Shown: positions 39,232-48,906 of the stretch, one piece after another
Numbering within the stretch: the stretch's first letter is position 1
Layout: every line of letters starts with the position of its first letter
Source of the DNA: a bacterium
Lineage (GTDB): Bacteria; Patescibacteriota; Minisyncoccia; Minisyncoccales; CG1-02-41-26
NCBI GenBank assembly: GCA_030616605.1
Contig: JAUWWY010000002.1
Coordinates: 118,867 to 182,866, forward strand
DNA: 64,000 nucleotides
Reading direction: 5' to 3'
Notes under the pieces: model-generated
Told to the model about the DNA's origin: nothing
Seen by the model: only the letters and a program-made list of their open reading frames with translations
The model's database searches: none
Made by a program: the position numbers and the translations under genes

Positions 39232-40593
39232 ATGGCTGGACTTTTTGCTTTAAGTATTGATCCGAAAGCATATAAGAATAACTTCTCAGAAGACTTTCTC
39301 TGGGGAACATTTTATCAACAGCATTTAGGAGAGGAGTCCTCAGGTTTAGCGATTTCCCAAAATGGAATAATCTATAGTGAAGCCCTTCCGGGACACTTCA
39401 AACCCAACTTTCAGGACAAATTAGACCGTCTTGAAAGGAATTGCGAAGCAATAGCCATAGGTTACTGTGGCCCAAGTCAAGAACCCTTTGAGCAACAGAC
39501 GAATTTAGGTCCAATTACTGCCTGTTTTTCCGGTAATATCCTCAATCGTTCTTCTTTAATAAAGGAGTTTATGACTTTTGGTCATACCTTTGTCAGAGGA
39601 GATGATATAGAGGTTATTATTAAGCTTGTGGCTCAAGGTAAGGATATAATTGAGGGACTTACCAGATTGAGTGAAGAGATTCAAGGTTCCTATGCCTTGT
39701 TGTTGCTTAACGAAGAAGGACTTTACGCCACAAGTTTTCCAGGACATTGGCCTTTGGTAGTTGGAGAAAAGCAAGGAGCGATAGCTCTGGCTACTGATCC
39801 CTCAGGATTCAGCAACCGAGGATTTAAGATTCAACGGGACCTGGAACCGGGAGAAATCGTTTTAATTAAAAATGGAAAGATTGAAACGAAAAATATAATC
39901 TCCTGCGCTAGCACTCAGGGTCGGGTTTGTAGCTTTAAGTTTGTCTATACTGATTTCCCAGTAGGAGTATTTAGAGGAATTCCATATTCTCTCGTCAGAA
40001 AGAAGTTGGGAGCTACTTTAGCTCGCCGAGATATTGAAAAGAACTTTTTCCCCGACATTGTTGCTTCGGTTCCTGATTCCGGTCGCTCTCACGCTATTGG
40101 CTATCATCAGGAATTCTGCCGGCAAATGAATGAAGGAAGGATAAAGAAGGTTCCTCTTTTTGATGAGCTTTTGCTTAAATACCCTTACTCTGGTAGAAGC
40201 TTTACCCTCCAGACTCAAGAAGCAAGAGATGAAAAAACTCACATTAAACTTCTGAGAAATAGCGAGAGCTATCAGGGGATGGTAGTGGTTATTGTTGATG
40301 ATTCCATTGTCAGGGGAACCCAGACCCAGACAAACTTGGTACCCAAACTCCGGGCTTTAGGACTGGCTGAAATTCACTTTAGAATTTCTAATCCAGAATT
40401 ACTTTCCTATTGTCCCTGGGGCAAGACAACCAAGGAAGGAGAGCTCTTCGCTAACCAGTTTTCCTCAAAAAAAGAGAGGATTAAATTCTTGGGCATTAAA
40501 AGCCTGGAATATAATACAATCGAGGATTTGGTTGAAGCGATTGGGCTTTCTCCAGAAGTTCTTTGTCTGGATTGCAGTTTATCACAATCTTAA
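39232..40593 (+). CDS. Amidophosphoribosyltransferase (PurF)-like protein lacking the N-terminal nucleophile Cys
   Basis: C-terminal PRTase motif VVVIVDDSIVRGTQTQ and RISNPELLSYCPWG. The N-terminus reads MAGLFAL where PurF has MCGIVG. Confidence 0.55.
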   Translation: MAGLFALSIDPKAYKNNFSEDFLWGTFYQQHLGEESSGLAISQNGIIYSEALPGHFKPNFQDKLDRLERNCEAIAIGYCGPSQEPFEQQTNLGPITACFSGNILNRSSLIKEFMTFGHTFVRGDDIEVIIKLVAQGKDIIEGLTRLSEEIQGSYALLLLNEEGLYATSFPGHWPLVVGEKQGAIALATDPSGFSNRGFKIQRDLEPGEIVLIKNGKIETKNIISCASTQGRVCSFKFVYTDFPVGVFRGIPYSLVRKKLGATLARRDIEKNFFPDIVASVPDSGRSHAIGYHQEFCRQMNEGRIKKVPLFDELLLKYPYSGRSFTLQTQEARDEKTHIKLLRNSESYQGMVVVIVDDSIVRGTQTQTNLVPKLRALGLAEIHFRISNPELLSYCPWGKTTKEGELFANQFSSKKERIKFLGIKSLEYNTIEDLVEAIGLSPEVLCLDCSLSQS

Positions 40594-40649
40594 CACCCAA
40601 AGAGCCGTCACAATAGACGGCTCTTTTCTTCGAAATGTATTTTAGCAAG

Positions 40650-40997
40650 CTATTTTTTTACTTTCTCAACAATTTTTTTGAAAATCTCTGGTTCTTTTTT
40701 TGCCAGGGTAGATAAAATTTTTCTATCCAGAATAATATTTTTTTCTTTTAATAAATGAATAAATTTACTATATGATAAACCTAAATTTCGGCAAGCGGCA
40801 TTTATTTGAATTTGCCAAAGCTTTCGAAATTCTCTTTTTTTAACTTTTCTGTCTCGATAGGCATAAGTCCGGGCTTTCATTAAGGCCTCTTTTGCCAATC
40901 TATATTTCGATTTCCTTCCCCAGCGAAAACCCTTTGTTTCTTTCAATAAACGTTTTCTTTTTTTGTGAGCAATTTTTCCTCGTTTTACTCGAACCAT
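40650..40997 (-). CDS. rplT: 50S ribosomal protein L20
   Basis: MVRVKRGKIAHKKRKRLLK...AYRDRK. Confidence 0.9.
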   Translation of the reverse strand: MVRVKRGKIAHKKRKRLLKETKGFRWGRKSKYRLAKEALMKARTYAYRDRKVKKREFRKLWQIQINAACRNLGLSYSKFIHLLKEKNIILDRKILSTLAKKEPEIFKKIVEKVKK

Positions 40998-41005
40998 AAT
41001 CTCTA

Positions 41006-41191
41006 TTAGTGATTTAACAATTTTTTTATTTTTTTTGCTAAGGGTTTAGAAAGGGGAACCAATTTTCTGAGTTCTCTTATTTTCTTTCCTGATTTTTTGG
41101 CCCGAAAATGGTCCTGTCCACTAGGACGTCTTAAAACCTTGCCGCTTTTTGTAATCTTGAATCTTTTTTTGAGAGATTTCCTGGTTTTCAT
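41006..41191 (-). CDS. rpmI: 50S ribosomal protein L35
   Basis: MKTRKSLKKRFKITKSGKVLRRPSGQDHF. Confidence 0.85.
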   Translation of the reverse strand: MKTRKSLKKRFKITKSGKVLRRPSGQDHFRAKKSGKKIRELRKLVPLSKPLAKKIKKLLNH

Positions 41192-41193
41192 AT

Positions 41194-41697
41194 TTATGCT
41201 TTTGAAATAATTATTATTAATCCTGAGGGTTGTTTTTTTAATTCTCGTTCAATATTAAAGGGAGTTGATTCTTTTAAAATTTCCAAAAACTTATTTATTT
41301 TTTCTTTGGCAAAATCAGTTAATGCTTTTTCTCTTCCTCTCAATCTCATGTCAATTTTAACCTTATAACCCTTGTTTAAAAATTTCTCAGCCGTTTTGAG
41401 CCGGGTTTCTAAATCGTGTTCGGAGATATTAAAACTTAATCTTAAATTCTTTAAGCCTCCAGCTTTTTTTACTTTTTGTTTTTTCTTTTCTTCCTGATAA
41501 AGATATTTTTTATAATCTCCTATTTTGCAAACTGGAGGCTCTGTTTTTTCGACAATCTGCATTAAATCCAGCTTTTTCTGATAAGCTTGTTTAAGAGCTT
41601 CTCTTAACTCAAAAATTCCAATGTATTTTCCATCTTCTCCTATTAATCTTACTTTTCTTGCTCTTATTTGATTGTTGATAAGTATTTTTTTTGCCAA
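41194..41697 (-). CDS. infC: Translation initiation factor IF-3
   Basis: INNQIRARKVRLIGEDGKYIGIF; the infC-rpmI-rplT operon order is conserved. Confidence 0.85.
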   Translation of the reverse strand: MAKKILINNQIRARKVRLIGEDGKYIGIFELREALKQAYQKKLDLMQIVEKTEPPVCKIGDYKKYLYQEEKKKQKVKKAGGLKNLRLSFNISEHDLETRLKTAEKFLNKGYKVKIDMRLRGREKALTDFAKEKINKFLEILKESTPFNIERELKKQPSGLIIIISKA

Positions 41698-41739
41698 ATT
41701 TTTATACCGTCCCTATCTCGGAAAAGAATAATGAACGAA

Positions 41740-42085
41740 TGGTGGAGGTGGCGAGTTGCGAGCTCGCGTCCAGAAATTTTTCTGGAACAATTCTACAAGT
41801 TTAGCTTACTTTGAATCTCAGGTCATAAATTAAAAGCAAGCCAAAAATTTAAGACCATAACCTCTAAATTTTCAGCAGTTTTCTGAGGTAAAAAAACTAC
41901 CTATCTCGAAAATATAACACCTCTTTCTACTTACCGAGAATCAGTAGGAGAGATGGCATTACGCTATTGCGTAAGCAGGTTTGTTGAATAAGTTTGCACT
42001 TATTTTGTTTTTTGAAATTTTAACGAGATTTCAGAACTCGACTTGCTTATTCCAGTTCCAATTTCTGTCAAATCCTATCACCCCC
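41740..42085 (-). ncRNA. ssrA: tmRNA (ssrA), predicted tag peptide ANLFNKPAYAIA
   Basis: The minus strand reads 5' GGGGGUGAUAGGAUUUGACAG... and ends ...GCGAGCUCGCAACUCGCCACCUCCACCA 3'. The acceptor stem GGGGGUG/CACCUCC pairs (one GU) and CCA is encoded. An internal ORF GCA AAC UUA UUC AAC AAA CCU GCU UAC GCA AUA GCG UAA is present. Length is 346 nt and the gene sits in a 480-nt gap next to smpB. Confidence 0.7.
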
Positions 42086-42176
42086 ATTCTATGACAACAC
42101 TTCTTTTATAATTTGCCACAAGACAATAATAAATACTATTAAAACGAGAATTATTGCTATGATTATATTTGACATG

Positions 42177-42626
42177 TTAAGATTTTTCCTTCAATTTTCT
42201 TCTTATCTCTTTTTCAACTTCTCTCTTTTTAATCTTTTCTCTTTTATCAAATTTCTTTTTTCCTTTAGCTATTCCGAATTCCAGCTTTATTTTTCCTTTT
42301 AAAGTATACATCTTTAAGGGTACCATCGTCAAGCCTTTTTGCTTTGATTTACCAATTAATTGCTTAATTTCTATTTTTTTCAAAAGGAGTTTTCGGCTTC
42401 TTTGAGGATTGTAATCTTTTGCTACATTTTTAGGTTGATAAGGAGGAACATTTGCTCCAATCAAAAAAACCTCTTCTCCCTTTAAGACAACAAAAGAACC
42501 CCGAAGATTTATTCTTCCAGCTTTAATTGATTTTACTTCCTGTCCTGTTAGGACAATTCCAGCTTTGAATTTATCCAGAATTTGATAATGAAAGAAAGCT
42601 TTTTTATTTTCAATTATCGTTTTCAT
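42177..42626 (-). CDS. smpB: SsrA-binding protein SmpB
   Basis: MKTIIENKKAFFHYQILDKFKAGIVLTGQEVKSIKAG... I chose the internal ATG at 42626 as the start. Confidence 0.85.
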   Translation of the reverse strand: MKTIIENKKAFFHYQILDKFKAGIVLTGQEVKSIKAGRINLRGSFVVLKGEEVFLIGANVPPYQPKNVAKDYNPQRSRKLLLKKIEIKQLIGKSKQKGLTMVPLKMYTLKGKIKLEFGIAKGKKKFDKREKIKKREVEKEIRRKLKEKS

Positions 42627-42678
42627 ATTTTGGCTCTGATACTTTAATTTTAGCAGAAATTGAGCTAAACTGAAACTA

Positions 42679-44265
42679 ATGATTAGAGACGAGATTAAAA
42701 AATTAGTCAAAAAAGCAGTTGAAGAAAATTTTAATATTAAGTTAAAAGAAATTGAAATAGAAAAACCAAAACAAGAAAAATTTGGCGATTATGCCACAAA
42801 TATTGCTTTAATAATTGCCCAAAAAATAGGAAAAAATTCAAAAGAAATAGCAGAAACAATTACTCAATCTTTTGATAACTTAGTCACTCAATCACTTTTC
42901 GATAGAATTGAGACAGCTGACCACGGTTTTATCAATTTTTTTCTTTCTAAAAAATATCTACAAAACGAGATAAAAGAAATTTTGAAAAAGAAGGAGAAAT
43001 TCGGCAAATTAAAAATCGGCAAAGGAAAAAAAATACAGGTTGAATTTATTTCTGCTAATCCAACAGGCCCATTGACTGTGGGTAATGCCCGAGGTGGTCC
43101 TTTAGGTGATGTTTTAGCTAATGTTTTAGAAAAAGCCGGTTTCAAAACAGAAAAAGCTTATTATATTAATGATTATGGGATGCAGATTTTAGCTCTGGGA
43201 CATTCTGTTTTAAAAAGCAAAGAGGCAAAATATCAAGGAGATTATATTGATTATTTAAATAAAAAAATTAGAGAAAAAGATTCTTACAAAGCTGGCCAAG
43301 AAGCAGCTAAAATAATTATTGAGGAAATGATAAAAAAAACTACTGATAGAATGGGCATAAGATATGATGAATGGATTTCAGAAAACTCTTTTTATCAAAA
43401 AGGAGAAGTTGATAAAGTTTTGAAATTTTTAAAGAAAAAAGATTTGCTTTATGAAAAAGAAGGGGCAGTTTGGTTTAGGTCAATAAAGTTTGGAGATAAG
43501 AGAGATAGGGTACTGGTTAAATCTGACAGCTGGAAGACCTATCTGGCCGGCGACTTTGCTTTGCATAAATATAAGTTTGAAAAGAAAAAATTTGATAAAG
43601 TTATAAACATTTGGGGGGCTGACCATTACGGAGATATTCCCGGACTTCAGGCAGGCGTTGAGGCGATAGGTCATAAAGGCAAGCTGGATATTATTCTTTG
43701 CCAGTTTATCACTCTTTTGGAAAAAGGAGACAAGAAGAAAATGTCAAAAAGAAAAGGCCTTTATGTGACCATGGACGAATTATTGGACAAAGTTGGTCCT
43801 GACGTTACCAGATTCTTTTTTCTTCAGAAATCAGCCAGCACTCATTTAAATTTTGACTTGGATTTAGCTAAAGAACAGTCAGAGAAAAACCCGGTTTATT
43901 ATGTTCAGTATGCCTACGCTCGGATTTGTAGTATCCTAAGAGAGCTCAAAACGCAAAGCTCAAAGCGCAAAACTATAGCTCAAAATTTAAAGCTATTAAA
44001 TCATCCGAAAGAATTAAATCTTATTAAACAGCTTATTAGATTCCCAGAAATTATTGAAGATACAGCCTATGATTATCAGGTTCAAAGATTGCCACAATAT
44101 GCTCAGGAATTAGCAGCTTTATTTCATCAGTTTTATGGAGATTGTAGAGTTATCTCAACTGACAAAGAATTAACTCAAGTTCGTTTAGCTCTAATTTCAG
44201 CTGTAAAAATTGTTTTTAAAAATATTTTGGATTTAATGGGTATTTCTGCTCCCAAAAAGATGTAG
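42679..44265 (+). CDS. argS: Arginyl-tRNA synthetase
   Basis: FISANPTGPLTVGNARGG and KMSKRKG. An in-frame CAAAG-family repeat lies at 43944-43984. Confidence 0.9.
   Translation: MIRDEIKKLVKKAVEENFNIKLKEIEIEKPKQEKFGDYATNIALIIAQKIGKNSKEIAETITQSFDNLVTQSLFDRIETADHGFINFFLSKKYLQNEIKEILKKKEKFGKLKIGKGKKIQVEFISANPTGPLTVGNARGGPLGDVLANVLEKAGFKTEKAYYINDYGMQILALGHSVLKSKEAKYQGDYIDYLNKKIREKDSYKAGQEAAKIIIEEMIKKTTDRMGIRYDEWISENSFYQKGEVDKVLKFLKKKDLLYEKEGAVWFRSIKFGDKRDRVLVKSDSWKTYLAGDFALHKYKFEKKKFDKVINIWGADHYGDIPGLQAGVEAIGHKGKLDIILCQFITLLEKGDKKKMSKRKGLYVTMDELLDKVGPDVTRFFFLQKSASTHLNFDLDLAKEQSEKNPVYYVQYAYARICSILRELKTQSSKRKTIAQNLKLLNHPKELNLIKQLIRFPEIIEDTAYDYQVQRLPQYAQELAALFHQFYGDCRVISTDKELTQVRLALISAVKIVFKNILDLMGISAPKKM
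43944..43984 (+). repeat. CAAAG-family patch GCTCAAAACGCAAAGCTCAAAGCGCAAAACTATAGCTCAAAA inside argS
   Basis: Encodes ELKTQSSKRKTIAQN. Confidence 0.8.
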
Positions 44266-44266
44266 T

Positions 44267-44836
44267 ATGAATAACACTTATTTTATTTTAAGACATGGGG
44301 AAACGACTCATCAAACAAAAAAAGAAAGGATTGTTTATCCTTGGCCAGAATCATCTCCAATATTATTAAATGAGAAGGGAAAAAAACAGATAAAGGATGC
44401 AGCTGAAAAACTAAAGGCGGAGAAAATTGACTTAATTTTTTCCTCAGATTTTCCCAGAACTCGCCAGACAGCCGAGATTGTAGCTGAAAAACTTAGAAAG
44501 AATGTAATTTTTGATAGACGGCTGCGGGAATTTAATGTTGGTGTTTTCCGGGGCAAAGAAGCAAAACAATATTACAATTATTTCTCTTCTCCAAAACAAA
44601 GATTCTGGAAAACTCCCCCAAAAGGCGAGAATTTTAGAAATTGTCAGAAGAGAATGTTTGATTTTTTAAAAGAAGTTGATAAAAAACACAAAAACAAAAA
44701 GATTTTAATTGTTAGTCACGGCGACCCCTTATGGTTATTGGAAGGGAAAGTTAAGCAATGGAAAGAAGATGAGTTATTAAAACAAAAATTCCAAAACAAA
44801 AGTATCAAAATGGGTGAAATAAGAAAGTTAGTGTAA
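44267..44836 (+). CDS. Histidine phosphatase family protein (phosphoglycerate mutase-like)
   Basis: ILRHGETTHQ...SSDFPRTRQTAE...LIVSHGDPL. Confidence 0.6.
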   Translation: MNNTYFILRHGETTHQTKKERIVYPWPESSPILLNEKGKKQIKDAAEKLKAEKIDLIFSSDFPRTRQTAEIVAEKLRKNVIFDRRLREFNVGVFRGKEAKQYYNYFSSPKQRFWKTPPKGENFRNCQKRMFDFLKEVDKKHKNKKILIVSHGDPLWLLEGKVKQWKEDELLKQKFQNKSIKMGEIRKLV

Positions 44837-44840
44837 AATT

Positions 44841-47726
44841 ATGGATTTTCCCAAAATTGAAAAAAAGATATTGAACTTTTGGAAAGAAAACAAGTTTTTT
44901 GAAAAGCTCCAGAAAAAAAACCGTGGTAAAAAACACTGGTCATTTTTAGATGGTCCGATAACAGCCAATAATCCAATGGGTGTTCATCATGCCTGGGGAA
45001 GGACATACAAAGATTTATTCCAGAGATATAAAGCAATGCAAGGTTTTGCTCAACGTTTCCAAAATGGTTTTGACTGTCAGGGTTTGTGGGTTGAAGTTGA
45101 AGTTGAAAAGGAACTGGGATTTGAAAATAAAAAAGACATTGAAAAATACGGCATAGAGAATTTTGTTCAGAAATGTAAAGAAAGGGTTTCAAAATATTCA
45201 AAAATTCAAACCGAGCAGTCAATCCGACTGGGCCAGTGGATGGATTGGGAAAATTCTTATTACACAATGTCTGACGAGAACAATTATGCTATCTGGCACT
45301 TTTTAAAAAAATGTCATCAAAAAGGACTTTTATACAAAGGCAGGGATGTAGTGCCCTGGTGTTCCAGGTGCGGGACGGCTATTTCCCAGCATGAAATTTT
45401 AGCTGAAGAGTATAAAGAAATAACTCATAAAGCTATTTTTGTAAAACTGCCCATTATTGGTGAGAAAAATACTTATTTTCTTGTTTGGACAACAACTCCC
45501 TGGACTTTACCAGCCAATGTTGCTTTAGCTGTTCAGCCGGAACTCAATTATGCCAAAATTAAAGATAAAAATGGGAATATATTTATTTTATTAAAAGATA
45601 AATCAAATCTCATTTCTGATGGAGAAATTAGAGAAACTTTTTTGGGTAAAAAATTAGAGGGTCTTAAATATCAGGGATTGTTTGATGAACTACCGGTTGT
45701 CAAAGAGAGTTTAGGAGATTACAAACACTCGGTCATTTTGTGGAAAGAAGTGACTGAAGAGGAAGGAACGGGAATTGTCCATATTGCTCCGGGTTGCGGA
45801 GAAGAAGATTTTCAGTTAAGCAAAGAATTTGATTTGCCGGTTATTAACCCTACTGATAATGAGAGTAGATATAAAGAGGGATTTGGAAAATTGAGTTCTA
45901 AATTTGTTCTTGTTGATGAAACAAGAGATATGATATTTGAAGACCTTTCAAAGAAAAATTTAGTTTTTAAAATTGAAGATTATACTCACCGTTATCCAAC
46001 TTGCTGGCGATGTAAAACAGAGCTAATTTTTCGTTTGGTTGACGAATGGTATATTGCCATGGATTCTTTGAGGAAGCCCTTAATGAAAAGTACTCACAAT
46101 GTTAAATGGATTCCTCTTTTTGGACTTGAAAGAGAATTGGATTGGCTGAAAAATATGAAAGATTGGTTAATTTCTAAAAAGAGATACTGGGGTTTGTCTC
46201 TGCCGATTTTTGAGTGTCAAAAGTGCGGCAATTTTGAAGTTATTGGTTCAAAAGAAGAACTAAAAGAAAAAACTGTTGAAGGTTGGGAAAAATTTGAAGG
46301 TCATTCTCCACACCGGCCCTGGGTAGATAAGATAAAAATTAAATGTTCAAAATGCGGCCAAATGATTTCCCGTATTCCAGATGTTGGTAATCCCTGGCTG
46401 GATGCTGGGATTGTTCCTTTTTCAACAATAAAATATTTTTCTGATAAGAATTTTTGGGGAAAGTGGTTTCCAGCTGATTTTATTTGTGAATCATTTCCTG
46501 GTCAGTTTAAAAACTGGTTTTATTCCCTTTTGGTAATGAGCCAGGTTTTGGAAAATACAAATCCATTTAGAACAATTTTTGGCTATGCCAGCGTGGTTGA
46601 TGAAAAAGGAGAAGAGATGCATAAATCTAAAGGCAATGTTATTTGGTTTGATGAAGCGGTTGAAAAAATAGGAGCTGATGTAATGAGATGGATGTATGTC
46701 AGGCAAAATCCTTTTTCTAATTTAAGGTTTGGTTATAACGTGGCAGCTGAGATAAAAAGAAAGCTTTTGACATTGTCGAACAGCTACAGCTTTTTTGAGA
46801 CCTATGGAGAGAAGTCAAAAGTCCGGCTTTCATCAAGGATTGAGCGGGCAAGCAAAAATCTTTTAGATAAATGGGTTGTTTCCCGATTAAACAGTTTAAT
46901 TGAAAAAGCTACTAAATCTTTAGATGTTTATAATTCTTCTCGGGCCGCTTTAGCAATAGAGAATTTTTTCATTAATGACTTATCTCTCTGGTATATCAGA
47001 AGAACAAGGAAAAGATTTCAAACCCCGAAAAGTAAAAAGGAAAAAAGAGAAGCAGAGAGAACTTTATATTATATACTTCTGACTTTAATAAAATTGATTG
47101 CTCCGACGATGCCCTTTTTTGCTGAAGAAGTTTACCAAAAATTAAGAAATGAAAAAATGCCAGAATCAGTGCATTTGTGCGATTGGCCAGATGGAGATAA
47201 AAAACTAATTGAGGAAAAATTAGAAAAAGAAATGGAAGAGGTTCGGGGAATTGTAACCAAGGTTTTAGCCAAAAGAACCGAATTGGGTATAAAAGTAAGA
47301 CAACCGCTTAAAAAATTAAAAATCAAAAATCAAAAATTAAAAATGAGTAAAGGATTATTAAATTTAATTAAAGAAGAAGTTAATGTTAAAGATATAATTT
47401 TTGACAACAAGATTAAAGAGGAGATAGAACTGGATATAGAAATTAGCCCGAAGTTAAAAGAGGAAGGAGAGGTTAGGGAAATTATTCGTCAGATTCAGGA
47501 TTTGCGTAAAAAAGTAGGTTTAACCCCAAAAGACAGAATTATCGTTTACTATTTAAGCAGTCCAAAACTAGCTAAAATTTTAATTAAAAACAAAAATCTA
47601 ATTCTTAAGACTACCAAATCAGAAAAACTTAAAGAGAGTTTAAATAAGGAAGGAGATTTTGAAGCTCAGAAAGAAATTGAAATTAATAAAGAAAAACTCT
47701 TTCTGGCAATTAAAAAGGTCAAATAA
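44841..47726 (+). CDS. ileS: Isoleucyl-tRNA synthetase
   Basis: WTTTPWTLPAN, WLISKKRYWG, KMSKSKGN, and a CWRC zinc knuckle. An AAAAATC heptamer patch lies at 47311-47345. Confidence 0.8.
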   Translation: MDFPKIEKKILNFWKENKFFEKLQKKNRGKKHWSFLDGPITANNPMGVHHAWGRTYKDLFQRYKAMQGFAQRFQNGFDCQGLWVEVEVEKELGFENKKDIEKYGIENFVQKCKERVSKYSKIQTEQSIRLGQWMDWENSYYTMSDENNYAIWHFLKKCHQKGLLYKGRDVVPWCSRCGTAISQHEILAEEYKEITHKAIFVKLPIIGEKNTYFLVWTTTPWTLPANVALAVQPELNYAKIKDKNGNIFILLKDKSNLISDGEIRETFLGKKLEGLKYQGLFDELPVVKESLGDYKHSVILWKEVTEEEGTGIVHIAPGCGEEDFQLSKEFDLPVINPTDNESRYKEGFGKLSSKFVLVDETRDMIFEDLSKKNLVFKIEDYTHRYPTCWRCKTELIFRLVDEWYIAMDSLRKPLMKSTHNVKWIPLFGLERELDWLKNMKDWLISKKRYWGLSLPIFECQKCGNFEVIGSKEELKEKTVEGWEKFEGHSPHRPWVDKIKIKCSKCGQMISRIPDVGNPWLDAGIVPFSTIKYFSDKNFWGKWFPADFICESFPGQFKNWFYSLLVMSQVLENTNPFRTIFGYASVVDEKGEEMHKSKGNVIWFDEAVEKIGADVMRWMYVRQNPFSNLRFGYNVAAEIKRKLLTLSNSYSFFETYGEKSKVRLSSRIERASKNLLDKWVVSRLNSLIEKATKSLDVYNSSRAALAIENFFINDLSLWYIRRTRKRFQTPKSKKEKREAERTLYYILLTLIKLIAPTMPFFAEEVYQKLRNEKMPESVHLCDWPDGDKKLIEEKLEKEMEEVRGIVTKVLAKRTELGIKVRQPLKKLKIKNQKLKMSKGLLNLIKEEVNVKDIIFDNKIKEEIELDIEISPKLKEEGEVREIIRQIQDLRKKVGLTPKDRIIVYYLSSPKLAKILIKNKNLILKTTKSEKLKESLNKEGDFEAQKEIEINKEKLFLAIKKVK
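47311..47345 (+). repeat. In-frame heptamer patch (AAAAATC/AAAAATT x4-5) inside ileS
   Basis: Direct reading; encodes KKLKIKNQKLKM. Confidence 0.75.
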
Positions 47727-47729
47727 TAT

Positions 47730-48059
47730 ATGTCAAAAAATCCAAAAGAAACATCAAAAGAACCAGCCAAAGAAGATTTTTTTGGCAAAAAGGGCTATCT
47801 TTCTAGAATACAACTAAGAGAAAGGTTAAGAAAAGCTTCCCCCAAAATTCCCGGTTCAACAAAATGGTATACTCAACAGCAAAGAATAAATCTGGAAAAA
47901 GAAGTTTTTGCTAAAGGATATGGCGATTATATTACTCGCCAAGAATATCAACGTCGACTTCGAGAACTAAGCAGAGAAAAATTTAAAGTAAAAACAAGCC
48001 AAGAAAAGATAGATATTAATAGAAAAATAAGATACTTGAAAAAATTAGGAGGTTTTTAG
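47730..48059 (+). CDS. Small basic hypothetical protein
   Basis: K/R-rich, 109 aa; I recognised no motif. Confidence 0.3.
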   Translation: MSKNPKETSKEPAKEDFFGKKGYLSRIQLRERLRKASPKIPGSTKWYTQQQRINLEKEVFAKGYGDYITRQEYQRRLRELSREKFKVKTSQEKIDINRKIRYLKKLGGF

Positions 48060-48067
48060 GTTTAACA

Positions 48068-48889
48068 ATGGCATTTACTCATTATAGAACTGGAGGGATT
48101 TTTTTAAAGAAAGATGATCGGGGAGAGGCCGATCAGCTTTTTACAATTTTTACCAAAGAGTTTGGAAAACTCAAAGTTTTAGGAAGAGCTATTCGAAAAA
48201 TTAAATCAAAATTGAGGGTTGGAGCCGATATTTTTTATTTGTCAGAAATTGAATTTATTCAAGGAAAAACCTACAAAACTTTAACTGATGCTATTTTAAT
48301 AGATAAATTTAAAAATTTGAGAAAAGATGCTGAAAAAATAGATTTTAGTTACAAAATAACTGATGTTTTAGATTCTTTAACCGGCGAAGAGGAAAAAGAC
48401 CCCAAAATCTGGCAATTATTAATCCAAACATTTAAATCACTTAATAACCCGATGACTCAATCACTCAATGACTCAATCACTTATTACTTTCTCTGGAATT
48501 TCTTTTCTCTTTTAGGATTCAAACCCGAACTTTACTCTTGTCCAATTTGCGAAAAAAAACTTCTGCCTGAAACTTTTTTATTTGTGCCAAAGGAAGGAGG
48601 GGTGGTTTGTTGGAAATGCTTTGAGAAGCTTAAAGAAGAACCTGCCTTTTTATCCGCCGAAGCTCCATCAGAAGCGAAGGCGGGCGCTGAAGCTACGACA
48701 GGCAGGGAAAAGAAATTGGCAAAGGAAATAAGCGTGGATACGGTTAAAATTTTAAGGCTTTTTCTTTCAGAAAATGGGAATATATTGTCAAGGATTAAGA
48801 TAAGAGAAGAGAATAAGAAAAATTTAGAAGAGATATCAGAAAATTACCTCAATTTTTTAAAAGAGGAGTTTTCAAGAATGGAAAAATAA
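48068..48889 (+). CDS. recO: DNA repair protein RecO
   Basis: N-terminal OB-fold pattern and a C-terminal CPICEKK...CWKC zinc finger. An 8-nt periodic in-frame patch lies at 48451-48484. Confidence 0.5.
   Translation: MAFTHYRTGGIFLKKDDRGEADQLFTIFTKEFGKLKVLGRAIRKIKSKLRVGADIFYLSEIEFIQGKTYKTLTDAILIDKFKNLRKDAEKIDFSYKITDVLDSLTGEEEKDPKIWQLLIQTFKSLNNPMTQSLNDSITYYFLWNFFSLLGFKPELYSCPICEKKLLPETFLFVPKEGGVVCWKCFEKLKEEPAFLSAEAPSEAKAGAEATTGREKKLAKEISVDTVKILRLFLSENGNILSRIKIREENKKNLEEISENYLNFLKEEFSRMEK
48451..48484 (+). repeat. In-frame 8-nt periodic patch (ATGACTCA/ATCACTCA x4) inside recO
   Basis: Direct reading; encodes MTQSLNDSIT. Confidence 0.7.
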
Positions 48890-48906
48890 GTTAAGATAAT
48901 AATATC

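Noticed and set aside
42627-42710. Long form of smpB starting at 42710
   Set aside because: The N-terminal 28 residues are hydrophobic filler that overlaps argS. The internal Met matches the conserved SmpB N-terminus.
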